Shown: positions 44,353 to 53,691 of the stretch, piece after piece
Numbering within the stretch: position 1 is the first letter of the stretch
Layout: the number at the start of each line of letters is the position of its first letter
DNA from: an uncultured Anaerolinea sp.
GTDB taxonomy: Bacteria; Chloroflexota; Anaerolineae; Anaerolineales; Villigracilaceae
Direction of reading: 5' to 3'
DNA length: 64,000 nucleotides
Assembly: GCA_964372045.1 (NCBI GenBank)
Contig: CAYJPO010000012.1
Coordinates: 517 to 64,516 of the forward strand
Notes under the pieces: generated by a model
The model's database searches: none
What the model was told of the DNA's origin: nothing
What the model saw: only the letters and a program-made list of their open reading frames with translations
Program-made: the position numbers and the translations under genes

Positions 44353-44393
44353 ACAAAAAGTCCGCAACCTGATACGTTGCGGACTTTTTGTTT
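44351..44393. terminator. Bidirectional terminator
   Basis: 18-bp stem aaacaaaaagtccgcaac/gttgcggactttttgttt. Confidence 0.9.
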
Positions 44394-44457
44394 AACCTTC
44401 TCGCATCATCTGGACCTGAAACTGACTCGCTCCATTTGAATTTTTCGCCCCGTTGCC

Positions 44458-45123
44458 TTACGGCTGGATCGGCTTGACCACGCCGACATCCGAAGGAACC
44501 CCTCCGAACAGGCTGATATCGCGGCAGGATTGTTTGTCCACACGCATCAGGATGGCGTCATTCGATGTTACGTCGACCTGGATGATCGTGTCCTTTTGGT
44601 ATGTGGAATCCACGGTCAGCTTTAGCGTCACTTGATTTTGGGCGGGGAGATTCGTTGCGCACACTTTCTTGTCTGGGTGTTCCCGTCCTTCGTCGATCGC
44701 ACGCAGTAACCCGCATGTATTTGGCAGGTCAACTGTGCCGGTATTCTTGATCAGAACGTAGGCATTGGTAACTTCCCCCATTCCATTTCGAATATCGATG
44801 CTCGTATTGCACCCCAGGATATCCACGGTGACAGATTGTATGGGGGCAAACGTGACCGTTTCTGAAGGGGTGGGGGGCGTGAATGTAAAGGTCGGGCTTG
44901 GTAGATTTGTGTTGGTGGGCGTGACCGGCGTGAGAATGATGACCCCGGGAGTCAGCGTCGCCTCGAAAGTTGGCGGCGGGATGATCAAAGGGGTGGCGGT
45001 GACGATACTCGGCGTATTCGTGGAGACCGGCGTCCAGACTGGGAAGGGCTGCGGAGGGACTCCCCATGTATCGCAGGCAGAAATGAAAAGCGCAAAGAAC
45101 AGTATGACTCGATGCAGTTTCAT
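44458..45123 (-). CDS. Lipoprotein with P/T-rich linker and small C-terminal beta domain
   Basis: Lipobox FISAC; long P/T stretch; leaderless TATAAT-N7-ATG. Confidence 0.75.
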   Translation of the reverse strand: MKLHRVILFFALFISACDTWGVPPQPFPVWTPVSTNTPSIVTATPLIIPPPTFEATLTPGVIILTPVTPTNTNLPSPTFTFTPPTPSETVTFAPIQSVTVDILGCNTSIDIRNGMGEVTNAYVLIKNTGTVDLPNTCGLLRAIDEGREHPDKKVCATNLPAQNQVTLKLTVDSTYQKDTIIQVDVTSNDAILMRVDKQSCRDISLFGGVPSDVGVVKPIQP

Positions 45124-45287
45124 GTTTCTGATTATACCTCCGGTGATTCGGTTCCCGGACTAGAGCTTTGCCTTCGAGTCTTGAGAATGTGAGGATGTCT
45201 CTACGAAAATTCGTGATTTTTGATAAAATTTAGTGTTATGATATATGTTGGAAATAGTTTTCATTAAAATCTTTTTGGGCAGACCTC

Positions 45288-46154
45288 ATGAGCGAATTGA
45301 AATTATCGATAACAATACTTGTATCCTATGTGATCACCGTACTCGGCATCGCAAATATTGAGCGCTTTCAGGAAAGTGTCATCGACTTTAGCCCGGTCTT
45401 TTTCATCCTCATAGCGATTGTGGTTTTTTCTGAATTATTGATCACCAGTTCCCTCGTGAAGATCGGGGTTCGGCTGTCTTACTATGCAGTGATTTCATTC
45501 TGGCTGGTGGTTTATGTTCTGTTCTGGGCATTCTACCTCAAGGATAGCAAACCGATCGAAGTTCATCTGATCCAGCTTTTGTTGGTCTTGCTCTCCGCGG
45601 TGCTTGCCTATGATGTGGGGCGCAGGATCGATCAATTGGACATCACTCTGGATGGGTTATCCGCCAGTGCGTACCCGAACCGTGCCCAGGAGATACAAGC
45701 AGCGCGGGGAACCATCGCCGCCGAGATAACTCGCAGTCGTAGATATCATCATCCTTTGTCGGTTCTGGCGATCCGCCTGGGCGTACCCGAAACGGATGAT
45801 GGTTATCGAAATCTGGAGCCGATCGCGAAGGACATGTTGGAGCGTTTTGCGGTCGCAAAAACGAGTCAAATACTAAGCGACCTTGCTCGAAGCACGGATC
45901 TGGTTCTCCTCGATAAGGATCGGCAATTTGTCCTCCTTTGCCCGGAGACAAACCCTAATTCCCTGCATATCCTTGCGGAACGAATTGCAGACGCGGTCGA
46001 TCAACAACTCAAGACGAATATCGAGTGGGGAAGCGCGTCTTTCCCTGATGAAGCGCTTACATTCGATGATTTGCTGGAGACAGCTCAAAAACGGCTTTCG
46101 CCATTTGCTGTCAGCGAAGTTGCCGATAAGGTTGTAGCCAGCGATAATGGATAG
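45288..46154 (+). CDS. Membrane protein with degenerate GGDEF domain (I-site RSTD retained)
   Basis: Four TM helices; RSRRYHHPLSVL, RSTD..LDKDRQFVLLCPET, GSASFPDEA fold pattern; no GG(D/E)EF. Confidence 0.75.
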   Translation: MSELKLSITILVSYVITVLGIANIERFQESVIDFSPVFFILIAIVVFSELLITSSLVKIGVRLSYYAVISFWLVVYVLFWAFYLKDSKPIEVHLIQLLLVLLSAVLAYDVGRRIDQLDITLDGLSASAYPNRAQEIQAARGTIAAEITRSRRYHHPLSVLAIRLGVPETDDGYRNLEPIAKDMLERFAVAKTSQILSDLARSTDLVLLDKDRQFVLLCPETNPNSLHILAERIADAVDQQLKTNIEWGSASFPDEALTFDDLLETAQKRLSPFAVSEVADKVVASDNG

Positions 46155-46192
46155 GGTTTTATTTTTATTGATGGAGAGAAGAGAATCTCGGC

Positions 46193-46882
46193 ATGGTGAA
46201 TTTATTATTGGGTCGAACAATGAGAGATGATTGGGTGAAAAGATTTAACCCGGAGAAACGCCTCCTTACCGGACGGGCGTATTTATTTGTCAAGCGTATG
46301 ATGGATTTGGTAATTGTATTTGCTTCTGCGATATTTTGGCTGCCGTTGATGGGCTTGATTGCCCTGATCATCAGGGTTACGTCGCCGGGAGGTCCGGTCT
46401 TTTTTGTTCAAGATAGAACTGGAAAAGACGGGCATCGTTTCCGGATGTTGAAATTCAGGTCAATGGTTCCCGATGCAGATAAATTAAAGGGTACTCTGGC
46501 TAAGCTGAATTCAAAGGGGGAGCTGGCAGGACCCTTGAAATTAAAAGATGACCCGCGTATTACCCACATTGGACATATCCTTCGCAAGACCAGTCTCGAT
46601 GAACTCCCTCAAGTGATAAACGTGTTGAAGGGTGAGATGAGTCTGGTGGGTCCCCGCCCTACGTCTTGGAGTCCTACATCCTATAAACTGTGGCATACCG
46701 AACGATTGGATGTCCTCCCAGGTATCACGGGGTTATGGCAGTTGTATGGTCGTGGTGGAGAGGATTTTGATGAATGGCTTCGCTGGGACATCTTGTATAT
46801 TGAAAAGAGATCGGTGGCTTTTGATCTCATCATTTTATTTAAGACAGCGACAATTTTCTTGAAACAAAAGGGAGCCCGTTGA
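46193..46882 (+). CDS. Priming sugar-phosphate transferase (Bac_transf, WcaJ/CpsE-like)
   Basis: KRMMD, KFRSM, DDPRIT, RKTSLDELPQ, MSLVGPRP, PGITGLWQ motifs. Confidence 0.95.
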   Translation: MVNLLLGRTMRDDWVKRFNPEKRLLTGRAYLFVKRMMDLVIVFASAIFWLPLMGLIALIIRVTSPGGPVFFVQDRTGKDGHRFRMLKFRSMVPDADKLKGTLAKLNSKGELAGPLKLKDDPRITHIGHILRKTSLDELPQVINVLKGEMSLVGPRPTSWSPTSYKLWHTERLDVLPGITGLWQLYGRGGEDFDEWLRWDILYIEKRSVAFDLIILFKTATIFLKQKGAR

Positions 46883-46924
46883 ACTGATTTTCATGGCGTA
46901 GAAGGACTGATCAATATATATGCT

Positions 46925-46961
46925 TGAAAGACATCACTTCCAACAGAAGTGATGTCTTTCA
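46925..46961. terminator. Perfect 16-bp stem-loop after the sugar transferase
   Basis: tgaaagacatcacttc-caaca-gaagtgatgtctttca; U-tract weak. Confidence 0.55.
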
Positions 46962-47025
46962 CAATACGGATTGGATCGAAAGGATTAAGTTGCAGATGAA
47001 GATGAACTTGTGGTTTAATTAATAA

Positions 47026-47748
47026 ATGCGATGGATATACATATCACCTCATCTGGATGATGCAATTCTTTCGGCAGGTGGGCTTATTTACGATCAAGCG
47101 CGCGCCGGAAATGAGGTTGAGATCTGGACGATGGTTTGCGGCTACCCTAACGACCAAGAAGCAAGTCCGTTTGCGAGGGAGTTACACGAAAAATGGGGAT
47201 TCCATTCCATTGAAGAGACGATCCGCTCGCGAAGGGAAGAGAACCGGCTGGCAGCCAAAATCGTTGGCGCGCGAGATGTTTATTTCGATTTTATCGATTG
47301 CATCTATCGCCGCGGTCGGGATGGAAAATGGCTGTATGAAGCGAATACATTTGTCCCTCCGCAGCCGGATGATGACGGCATTCCAACTCGAATGACCCAA
47401 TCTCTGCTTGAAAGATTAAAGCCCGATGACGTGATTGTGTGTCCGCTGGCGATTGGCGGACACACCGACCATGTTATTGTGAGGCGCGCAGTCGAGAATT
47501 TGAACCGCCTCCTTTTTTATTATGCTGATATCCCTTATTTGCTTGATAATGCATCAGCGTTGGATCCGATCAAAAACATGATGCGTTCTAAACGCCAATG
47601 GATAAGCGCAAAAGGCTTGTCTGCCTGGCAGGATGGCTCTGCCGCTTATGCTTCCCAGATCACGTTGGAGTTCGAGAGCCAGAAAAAAATGCGAAGGGCG
47701 ATCGCGAGATATGGTCGTTGGAGTTTCCGGCTGTGGACCTTGCCATAG
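47026..47748 (+). CDS. PIG-L family deacetylase
   Basis: SPHLDDAILSAGG, GGHTDH, YASQI motifs. Confidence 0.88.
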   Translation: MRWIYISPHLDDAILSAGGLIYDQARAGNEVEIWTMVCGYPNDQEASPFARELHEKWGFHSIEETIRSRREENRLAAKIVGARDVYFDFIDCIYRRGRDGKWLYEANTFVPPQPDDDGIPTRMTQSLLERLKPDDVIVCPLAIGGHTDHVIVRRAVENLNRLLFYYADIPYLLDNASALDPIKNMMRSKRQWISAKGLSAWQDGSAAYASQITLEFESQKKMRRAIARYGRWSFRLWTLP

Positions 47749-47848
47749 TGCAATTCTCGGAAGCCATTTTTATCCCTGGTGCTGTGTCCATTTTGTGCAA
47801 TATAAAGAAAATGATTACTTCCCAGTCTTAATGTAAAATAAAATTCTC

Positions 47849-49042
47849 ATGACGAAAAATTTCCCGGTCGATCTTATGCTCGAACAACCAGCCGGGTGGT
47901 TGCGCGCCAGTTTGCCAAAGATACAATCGGCAACCGGCTCTGTTGGTGAGTTGATCTCGCAGAGAAGTGTATCGCTGTCCGAAGCTCAAGCGGAGTACCA
48001 CAAGCGGCGATGGTTCGAACTGACCGGAACGGAACTATCGGATACGCATTTTTCCATTATTATTCCAATTCATAATGAGCGGCGTTCGCTCCCATCATTT
48101 CTTGGCGCGCTTTTATCGTCGGAACTGCCTTCGAGTGCCGATATCCAGATTGTTTTTGTTGTAAATGCGTCAAGCGATCAAAGTGCGGAATTGATCATGA
48201 ACCGGCTGGCATGTATTCATCCTCCGGCGGAAATGACTTTGCCACAATCTGTTTTCGATAAAAATTGTGAAAGGGCGGCTTTTGAGGTTTGCCATGCGAA
48301 TATCAGGTTCCTTGTTGTTGAAACACCAACTGCTGGGAAGGCAAATGCGCTCAATCTTGGAAACGAAATTGCACGGCAGCGATTTCATGCGATTGCAATA
48401 AATATCGACGCGAACAATTGGGTCGAACCTGATTCGATTGCATTAATGTTTCGTAAGGCAAAACAAAGCTTTGTGGATTCCGCTGATTCGACCGCCGTGA
48501 TCATCAATGCCAGTGAATACTGTCAACCGCGGAATACTCAGATGCAAGTTTCGGTAAAAATTAAGACTCAAAAAGCTGAAGTATCGGGGTGTATGTTCGC
48601 GTGGTCAACACAATGGATTCACGAAAATAATGGGTTTATTCAGCAGGCAATTGAAGATTATGGCATGGGGCTCCTCGCCTTATCGCAGCGAAAGCAGATT
48701 CTGGAAAGTGAAGCAAGTATTTGGGTTTACACTGCCGGGACCCCCTCTGACGAGAACAGAGAATTAGTCCGCTTCCTTTACGGTGCCATGCAATTAACCC
48801 GGCGATTTGAAAATGATCCTATTGCGATGCAGATTCTTCTCGATGATTTTCCTCACCTTCGCCCATTGCGGGGCCGAATGGAAGTTTTTCTCTCCAGCAG
48901 ACTGAAAGCAAATCAGCCATTATTAATAGCTCGTGGAATTTTGAAATGGCTGTTCAATGAGTTCCTGATCTTTAAAGCCCGCAAAATGTTAAGGAAAAAT
49001 CCGGATGGACAGACCTGGGAGCCCATCAAGAGCACTAAATAA
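47849..49042 (+). CDS. GT2/GT-A fold glycosyltransferase (divergent)
   Basis: IIIPIHNE, GKANALNLG, IDAN motifs. Confidence 0.7.
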   Translation: MTKNFPVDLMLEQPAGWLRASLPKIQSATGSVGELISQRSVSLSEAQAEYHKRRWFELTGTELSDTHFSIIIPIHNERRSLPSFLGALLSSELPSSADIQIVFVVNASSDQSAELIMNRLACIHPPAEMTLPQSVFDKNCERAAFEVCHANIRFLVVETPTAGKANALNLGNEIARQRFHAIAINIDANNWVEPDSIALMFRKAKQSFVDSADSTAVIINASEYCQPRNTQMQVSVKIKTQKAEVSGCMFAWSTQWIHENNGFIQQAIEDYGMGLLALSQRKQILESEASIWVYTAGTPSDENRELVRFLYGAMQLTRRFENDPIAMQILLDDFPHLRPLRGRMEVFLSSRLKANQPLLIARGILKWLFNEFLIFKARKMLRKNPDGQTWEPIKSTK

Positions 49043-49283
49043 CAGGTGGGTTTCCTTTGTTTTTGCGAGGCGTGAGTGCAGATATTTTCACTGCATGGAT
49101 ATTGCAATGTTCCCCAAAAGCCCTTTTTTGTACATTTAAACCACTCAAGAGAAGAGTTTTTATGAAAAACTATTAAATTTCTACTTATTAGGGAATCATA
49201 CCAATGTATTATTTCTATTTTTACCAGTTTAGTCATAAAGACTGTTATACTTCTTTTTTTAATGCCCATAGATTTGAGTAAAT

Positions 49284-50756
49284 ATGAAAATCAATAAAAC
49301 GGATAATATCTACATACTTATGGGAATAGCCTTTGCTGCCGCCAGCGCGGTAGTCACTGCCAACCCAAATGCCAAAGTTTGGTTATTAAGCGCGGCAGCA
49401 TTGCTCGCGGTTGGATTGGTCATAGCGATTTATATTAATCCTCATCTTGGTGCGTCAGTCTTGATTGTTGCGGTTTTTACCAATATATCCACGACTTTTA
49501 CCGATAATGGTTTGCCTAGCATCAACAAACCGCTTGTTGCAATGGTAGCCGCCGCCATTCTCGTCCGGTATTATAATGCTTCCCGTTTACCTGGTGGACG
49601 CGAAAAAACTGGCGGGATCGAAGCGTTCCTGTTTGTATACTTTATGGTGATAGCCCTTTCCTATGTTGCGGCAGATAATAAGGAACGCACTCTTGATGCG
49701 ATCGTAGACCTTGGAAAGGATATTGTAATTATTTACTGCTTTCTGTTTGCATTGCGGAAGCCGGAAACGTGGAAACAATCTGCCTGGATCATTATTTTCG
49801 TCACTGCATTTTTATGCCTCCTTGGAAGTTTTCAGGTGCTCACAGGTAATTATGACCAGAAATTCTTTGGTATGGCAGGTGTGGCTGCGGATGTCGGTGA
49901 ATTTTCGACCACCCAACGTATCGCCGGTCCGATCACGGAGCCGAACATTTGGGCGCAGGTTGTTGTTGCGGTCGTACCGCTGGTCATCTACAGGATCATT
50001 TATGAAAAACGCCTGCGTATGAAGTTGTTAGCTGCCGGGATCTTGGGAGTTCTCTTATTCGAGATATTAAATACATATAGCCGCGGAGCCTACCTTGGGT
50101 TGGGCGTGATCGTATTTATTATATTATTGGGGCAGCGTCCGCGCTTGCAAACCTGGTTTGGAATCGGGGCGGCAGCGGTCCTGATGTTAGTCATGCTTCC
50201 GGCTAGTTACGCCGAACGTTTTCAGACGTTGTCCCTTCTAACGCCAAGCACTGAAAATGGAATATATCAGGAGGGGTCGTTCCGTGGGCGTGCCAGTAAA
50301 ATGCTTACTGGGTTGACTATGTTCGCTCGCAATCCAATTCTGGGTGTTGGAGCATATAATTACCCTAACAATTACGAACTATACACTCAGGAAATTGGAT
50401 TGGAAACAGAGACGGGCGAACGTGACCCTCATTCTTTGTATGTTCAAATCCTGGCTGAAACTGGAATTTTAGGTGCGATCGCATTTATGGGGTTCTCGAT
50501 ATTGCTTCTGGTTACACTTTCCCGCACAAGGAAATCGATTGAACATATTGTCAAATACCAAAGTTGGGTGCCGTGGATCACGGCTATCCAGTTATCGATC
50601 GTATCATATATGGTCACCAGTACTTTTCTACATGGTGGTTACATAAGATATTTTTGGATTCTTGTCGCGCTTGCGCTGTCCGCCATTCAACTTACGGAGG
50701 AATTAGTGCTCGAGACTCATCAACATTCATCTACCGAACTGCCTTCCGCCTTATGA
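49284..50756 (+). CDS. O-antigen ligase/Wzy polymerase family membrane protein
   Basis: Multi-TM; EPNIWA, TYSRGAYL, NPILGVG, PHSLYVQILAETGILG motifs. Confidence 0.88.
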   Translation: MKINKTDNIYILMGIAFAAASAVVTANPNAKVWLLSAAALLAVGLVIAIYINPHLGASVLIVAVFTNISTTFTDNGLPSINKPLVAMVAAAILVRYYNASRLPGGREKTGGIEAFLFVYFMVIALSYVAADNKERTLDAIVDLGKDIVIIYCFLFALRKPETWKQSAWIIIFVTAFLCLLGSFQVLTGNYDQKFFGMAGVAADVGEFSTTQRIAGPITEPNIWAQVVVAVVPLVIYRIIYEKRLRMKLLAAGILGVLLFEILNTYSRGAYLGLGVIVFIILLGQRPRLQTWFGIGAAAVLMLVMLPASYAERFQTLSLLTPSTENGIYQEGSFRGRASKMLTGLTMFARNPILGVGAYNYPNNYELYTQEIGLETETGERDPHSLYVQILAETGILGAIAFMGFSILLLVTLSRTRKSIEHIVKYQSWVPWITAIQLSIVSYMVTSTFLHGGYIRYFWILVALALSAIQLTEELVLETHQHSSTELPSAL

Positions 50757-52222
50757 CCGATATTCCGATCACTGAAGATAAGGGACGACGAGTCCTGCAA
50801 AAAACGGTCCGCGGCATATTTTGGAATTTTATTGCATACGGATTGAGCAAAGTTGTCGTTTTGGTGACGACATCCATCCTCGCCAGATTGTTAAGCAAGG
50901 ATGACTTTGGTCTCGTTGCCCTGGCTGTGGTGGCGATCAATTATCTTGCGGTCATAAAAGATCTTGGTTTGGGCGTTGCTCTGATCCAAAGGCGGGAGGA
51001 TGTCAACGAAGCTGCCAATACGGTGTTTACGATCAACATCATTTTTGGCATATTCCTGTCATTGGTTTTGATTCCAATTGCTCCCCTGGTGGCAGACTAT
51101 TTTAATAATCCCATGGTCACCTCTGTATTGAGGTGGCTCGGGTTGTCGTTTTTCCTGAGTGCCATAGGATCTGTGCATGTTGTTTGGCTGATGAGGGAAT
51201 TGGATTACCGGCGAAAATTGATCCCGGATATGGGCAGTGCGTTGATCAAAGGTGCAGTCTCCATTGGACTTGCGCTGGCTGGGTATGGTGTTTGGGCGCT
51301 GGTTTTTGGGCAGCTAAGCGGCGTGTTGAGTTCCATCATCCTCTATTGGATCATTGTGCCTTGGCGGCCTCGCTTCGCATTGGACCCGAAAATCACTCGT
51401 GCTCTTATGAAATTCGGCTCCTCGATTTTTACCAGTGATATCGTTAATGTTTCGATCGACAATCTGGGCTACATCATCATTGGCAGGGTGTTTGGCGCCG
51501 TTCAACTAGGCGTCTATACATTGGCTTTTCGTCTTCCTGAGATGCTCGTCCTGGGAAATCTTTGGATCATGGCAAGTGTAACGTATCCGGCATTCGCAAA
51601 TATCCAGGATGACCTGACAAATATGCGTCGCGGTTTCTTGGGATCGATCCGTATAGTCGGGTTGATTGTAGTACCGATCTGCCTGGGATTGATCATTGCC
51701 GCTGATCCGGTCATCCGTGTTGTGTTTGGTGAGCAGTGGGCAGATGCCATCCCCATTCTTCGTATTTTGGCGTTATACACACTTATCGCGTCAGTCGGCT
51801 ATCACGTAGGGGATGTATATAAAGCAATTGGTCGCCCCGGCATTTTGTTAAATATGACGATCCTGACGTTGGTGTTAATGGGAATATCCCTGTCAATTGG
51901 TTCGCGTTTTGGGTTGGAAGGGATAGCTTGGGGATATGTTACAGCCATGTTCATCGAGCGTGTATTAAGCCTCTTTCTCGCAGCGCACTATATCAAATTA
52001 TCGCTTCGTGAGATTCTGTCACAATTGATTCCATCTACGGTGGGAGGGGCGGTCATGGCGGTTGTCACATTGGGCGTCCTTTTTTTGACGAAGGAATTTC
52101 CGGTATTTGTACAACTTGTACTGGTCGTTCTTTCGGGTGCTGTAAGTTATCTTGGTGTCTTATGGCGGACCGAACGGGAAAATCTTATCCACTTAATAGG
52201 TGTAATTCGGAGCACTGATTGA
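50753..52222 (+). CDS. wzx: Wzx flippase (PST family)
   Basis: LARLLSKDDFG, DLGLGVALIQ, GVYTLAFR, VVFGEQW motifs; ATG overlaps the upstream stop. Confidence 0.9.
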   Translation: MTDIPITEDKGRRVLQKTVRGIFWNFIAYGLSKVVVLVTTSILARLLSKDDFGLVALAVVAINYLAVIKDLGLGVALIQRREDVNEAANTVFTINIIFGIFLSLVLIPIAPLVADYFNNPMVTSVLRWLGLSFFLSAIGSVHVVWLMRELDYRRKLIPDMGSALIKGAVSIGLALAGYGVWALVFGQLSGVLSSIILYWIIVPWRPRFALDPKITRALMKFGSSIFTSDIVNVSIDNLGYIIIGRVFGAVQLGVYTLAFRLPEMLVLGNLWIMASVTYPAFANIQDDLTNMRRGFLGSIRIVGLIVVPICLGLIIAADPVIRVVFGEQWADAIPILRILALYTLIASVGYHVGDVYKAIGRPGILLNMTILTLVLMGISLSIGSRFGLEGIAWGYVTAMFIERVLSLFLAAHYIKLSLREILSQLIPSTVGGAVMAVVTLGVLFLTKEFPVFVQLVLVVLSGAVSYLGVLWRTERENLIHLIGVIRSTD

Positions 52223-52509
52223 ATAGGTTATGAAAGCTGTTTTTCCCAAATTACCCACGGATACTTCGTGTATCCATTTGATTACATCAAAATTTGTTCG
52301 GACGGACTTTCATTATAAATACTTTACAAAATCTATTTTAGATATCCAATTAAAAAAACGACATTATAATTGGTATACATTGCAAAATTGAAAGGTGAGT
52401 TAGCGCATAAAATAAATTAAAGTTTTCTGAATGTTATTATTGGTTAGCTGTTATAAAACCCTTGGTAGTTTTTTATTCCTACCTGTATTTAAGAGAAAAT
52501 GAGGCGAAT

Positions 52510-53652
52510 ATGGAATTAAATCTGTACCTTCAGACTTTAAGAAGGGGATGGTGGCTGATCTTATTGACCGTTTTAGTATCGGCGAGTGTTTCGCTCCTGA
52601 TTTCCTACTTCACGCCACCTGTATATCAGACCAGTATGCGGTTTGTCGTAGCGCCCAACCCCGATATATTTTCGAGCAGCTGGGACCTTGTTTCCAGCCT
52701 TGATACTCTGGACCGCCGTTCCATTGTAAATACCTATAAGGAACTCCTGGCAAGCCCGACTGTTTACAGACGGGATCCGGAAATTAATGCCATGGGTGTG
52801 GAGATGGAGAATTATATAATTCTCGCTGTCGTTGTGCCGGAAACAAATATCATTGAGTTGACAGTTGAAGGACCGGATGCTCCCCGGGTTGCACTTGTCG
52901 CAAATGCGGTTGGAGAACAAGCCATCAGCTACATCAATCAGTTATATCCTGTATACATTTTTAATGTTCTGGATAGACCCGCTATACCGACCACACCCAT
53001 CCGTCCATTGCCGCTTCAAAGTGCCGGGTTGGCGGTTATCTTTGGCGGCGTGATCGGTATGGCGCTTGCATTTACCAAGGAACAGTTCCAAAATACGATC
53101 GATAAGATCCGCGAACGAAGCATTATTGACGTGGTTACATCTTCTTACACGCGGGCATATTTTGAACGCAGGCTGCTCGAGGATATAACCCAACACCCGG
53201 ATGGCAGTCTTTGCATCGGGATCATCAACTTCCGCGGATTGCGCGACATGGCAGATGTGTTGCCGCAGCCCATCCACGATCGATTGCTTCATCAATTGAC
53301 CCAGATGTTGAAGGAAGAATTGCGTGGACGTGATATTGTCGGGCGCTGGGGCGCTTCGCAGTTGGCTGTATTGCTTCCATCGACTCCAAGCTCCGCTTTG
53401 GAAGCCACCTTTAATCGCATCAAGAACCACCTCTCCGATGCGATCGCTCTTGATACGACCGGTGAGATGACGGTTCGTCCTGATCCCTGTATCGGTGTGG
53501 CTTCCCATGTCCAGTTTGAATCAGACAAGGAATTGATCAAGCGCGCGGAACTCGCAGTGGAGAAAGCGTCAGCAATGAACGCGTCTGCGGTCACTATTCT
53601 TGCGAGACCCTTCGTGTTTGTGGAAGACGAATCGTTGAAGGATCTTTCGTAG
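52510..53652 (+). CDS. Wzz/CpsC-type co-polymerase fused to a degenerate GGDEF domain
   Basis: N-terminal LRRGWWLI, PPVYQTS, P..P..P.P + TM2; C-terminal D.VTSSYTR.YF..RL, RGRD-IVGRW-GASQL, IGVA. Confidence 0.8.
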   Translation: MELNLYLQTLRRGWWLILLTVLVSASVSLLISYFTPPVYQTSMRFVVAPNPDIFSSSWDLVSSLDTLDRRSIVNTYKELLASPTVYRRDPEINAMGVEMENYIILAVVVPETNIIELTVEGPDAPRVALVANAVGEQAISYINQLYPVYIFNVLDRPAIPTTPIRPLPLQSAGLAVIFGGVIGMALAFTKEQFQNTIDKIRERSIIDVVTSSYTRAYFERRLLEDITQHPDGSLCIGIINFRGLRDMADVLPQPIHDRLLHQLTQMLKEELRGRDIVGRWGASQLAVLLPSTPSSALEATFNRIKNHLSDAIALDTTGEMTVRPDPCIGVASHVQFESDKELIKRAELAVEKASAMNASAVTILARPFVFVEDESLKDLS

Positions 53653-53691
53653 ATTTTGTGGTTGATAAGTACATTGCAAAGGATGGCTTGT

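Noticed and set aside
43297-44367. 356-aa antisense ORF over the HAMP sensor (and 42458-43228 over the GNAT-like gene)
   Set aside because: Shadow frames of well-formed plus-strand genes; no motifs or translation signals.
45288-53652. Active diguanylate cyclases
   Set aside because: Both GGDEF-fold domains lack the GG(D/E)EF signature and the metal-binding Asp.
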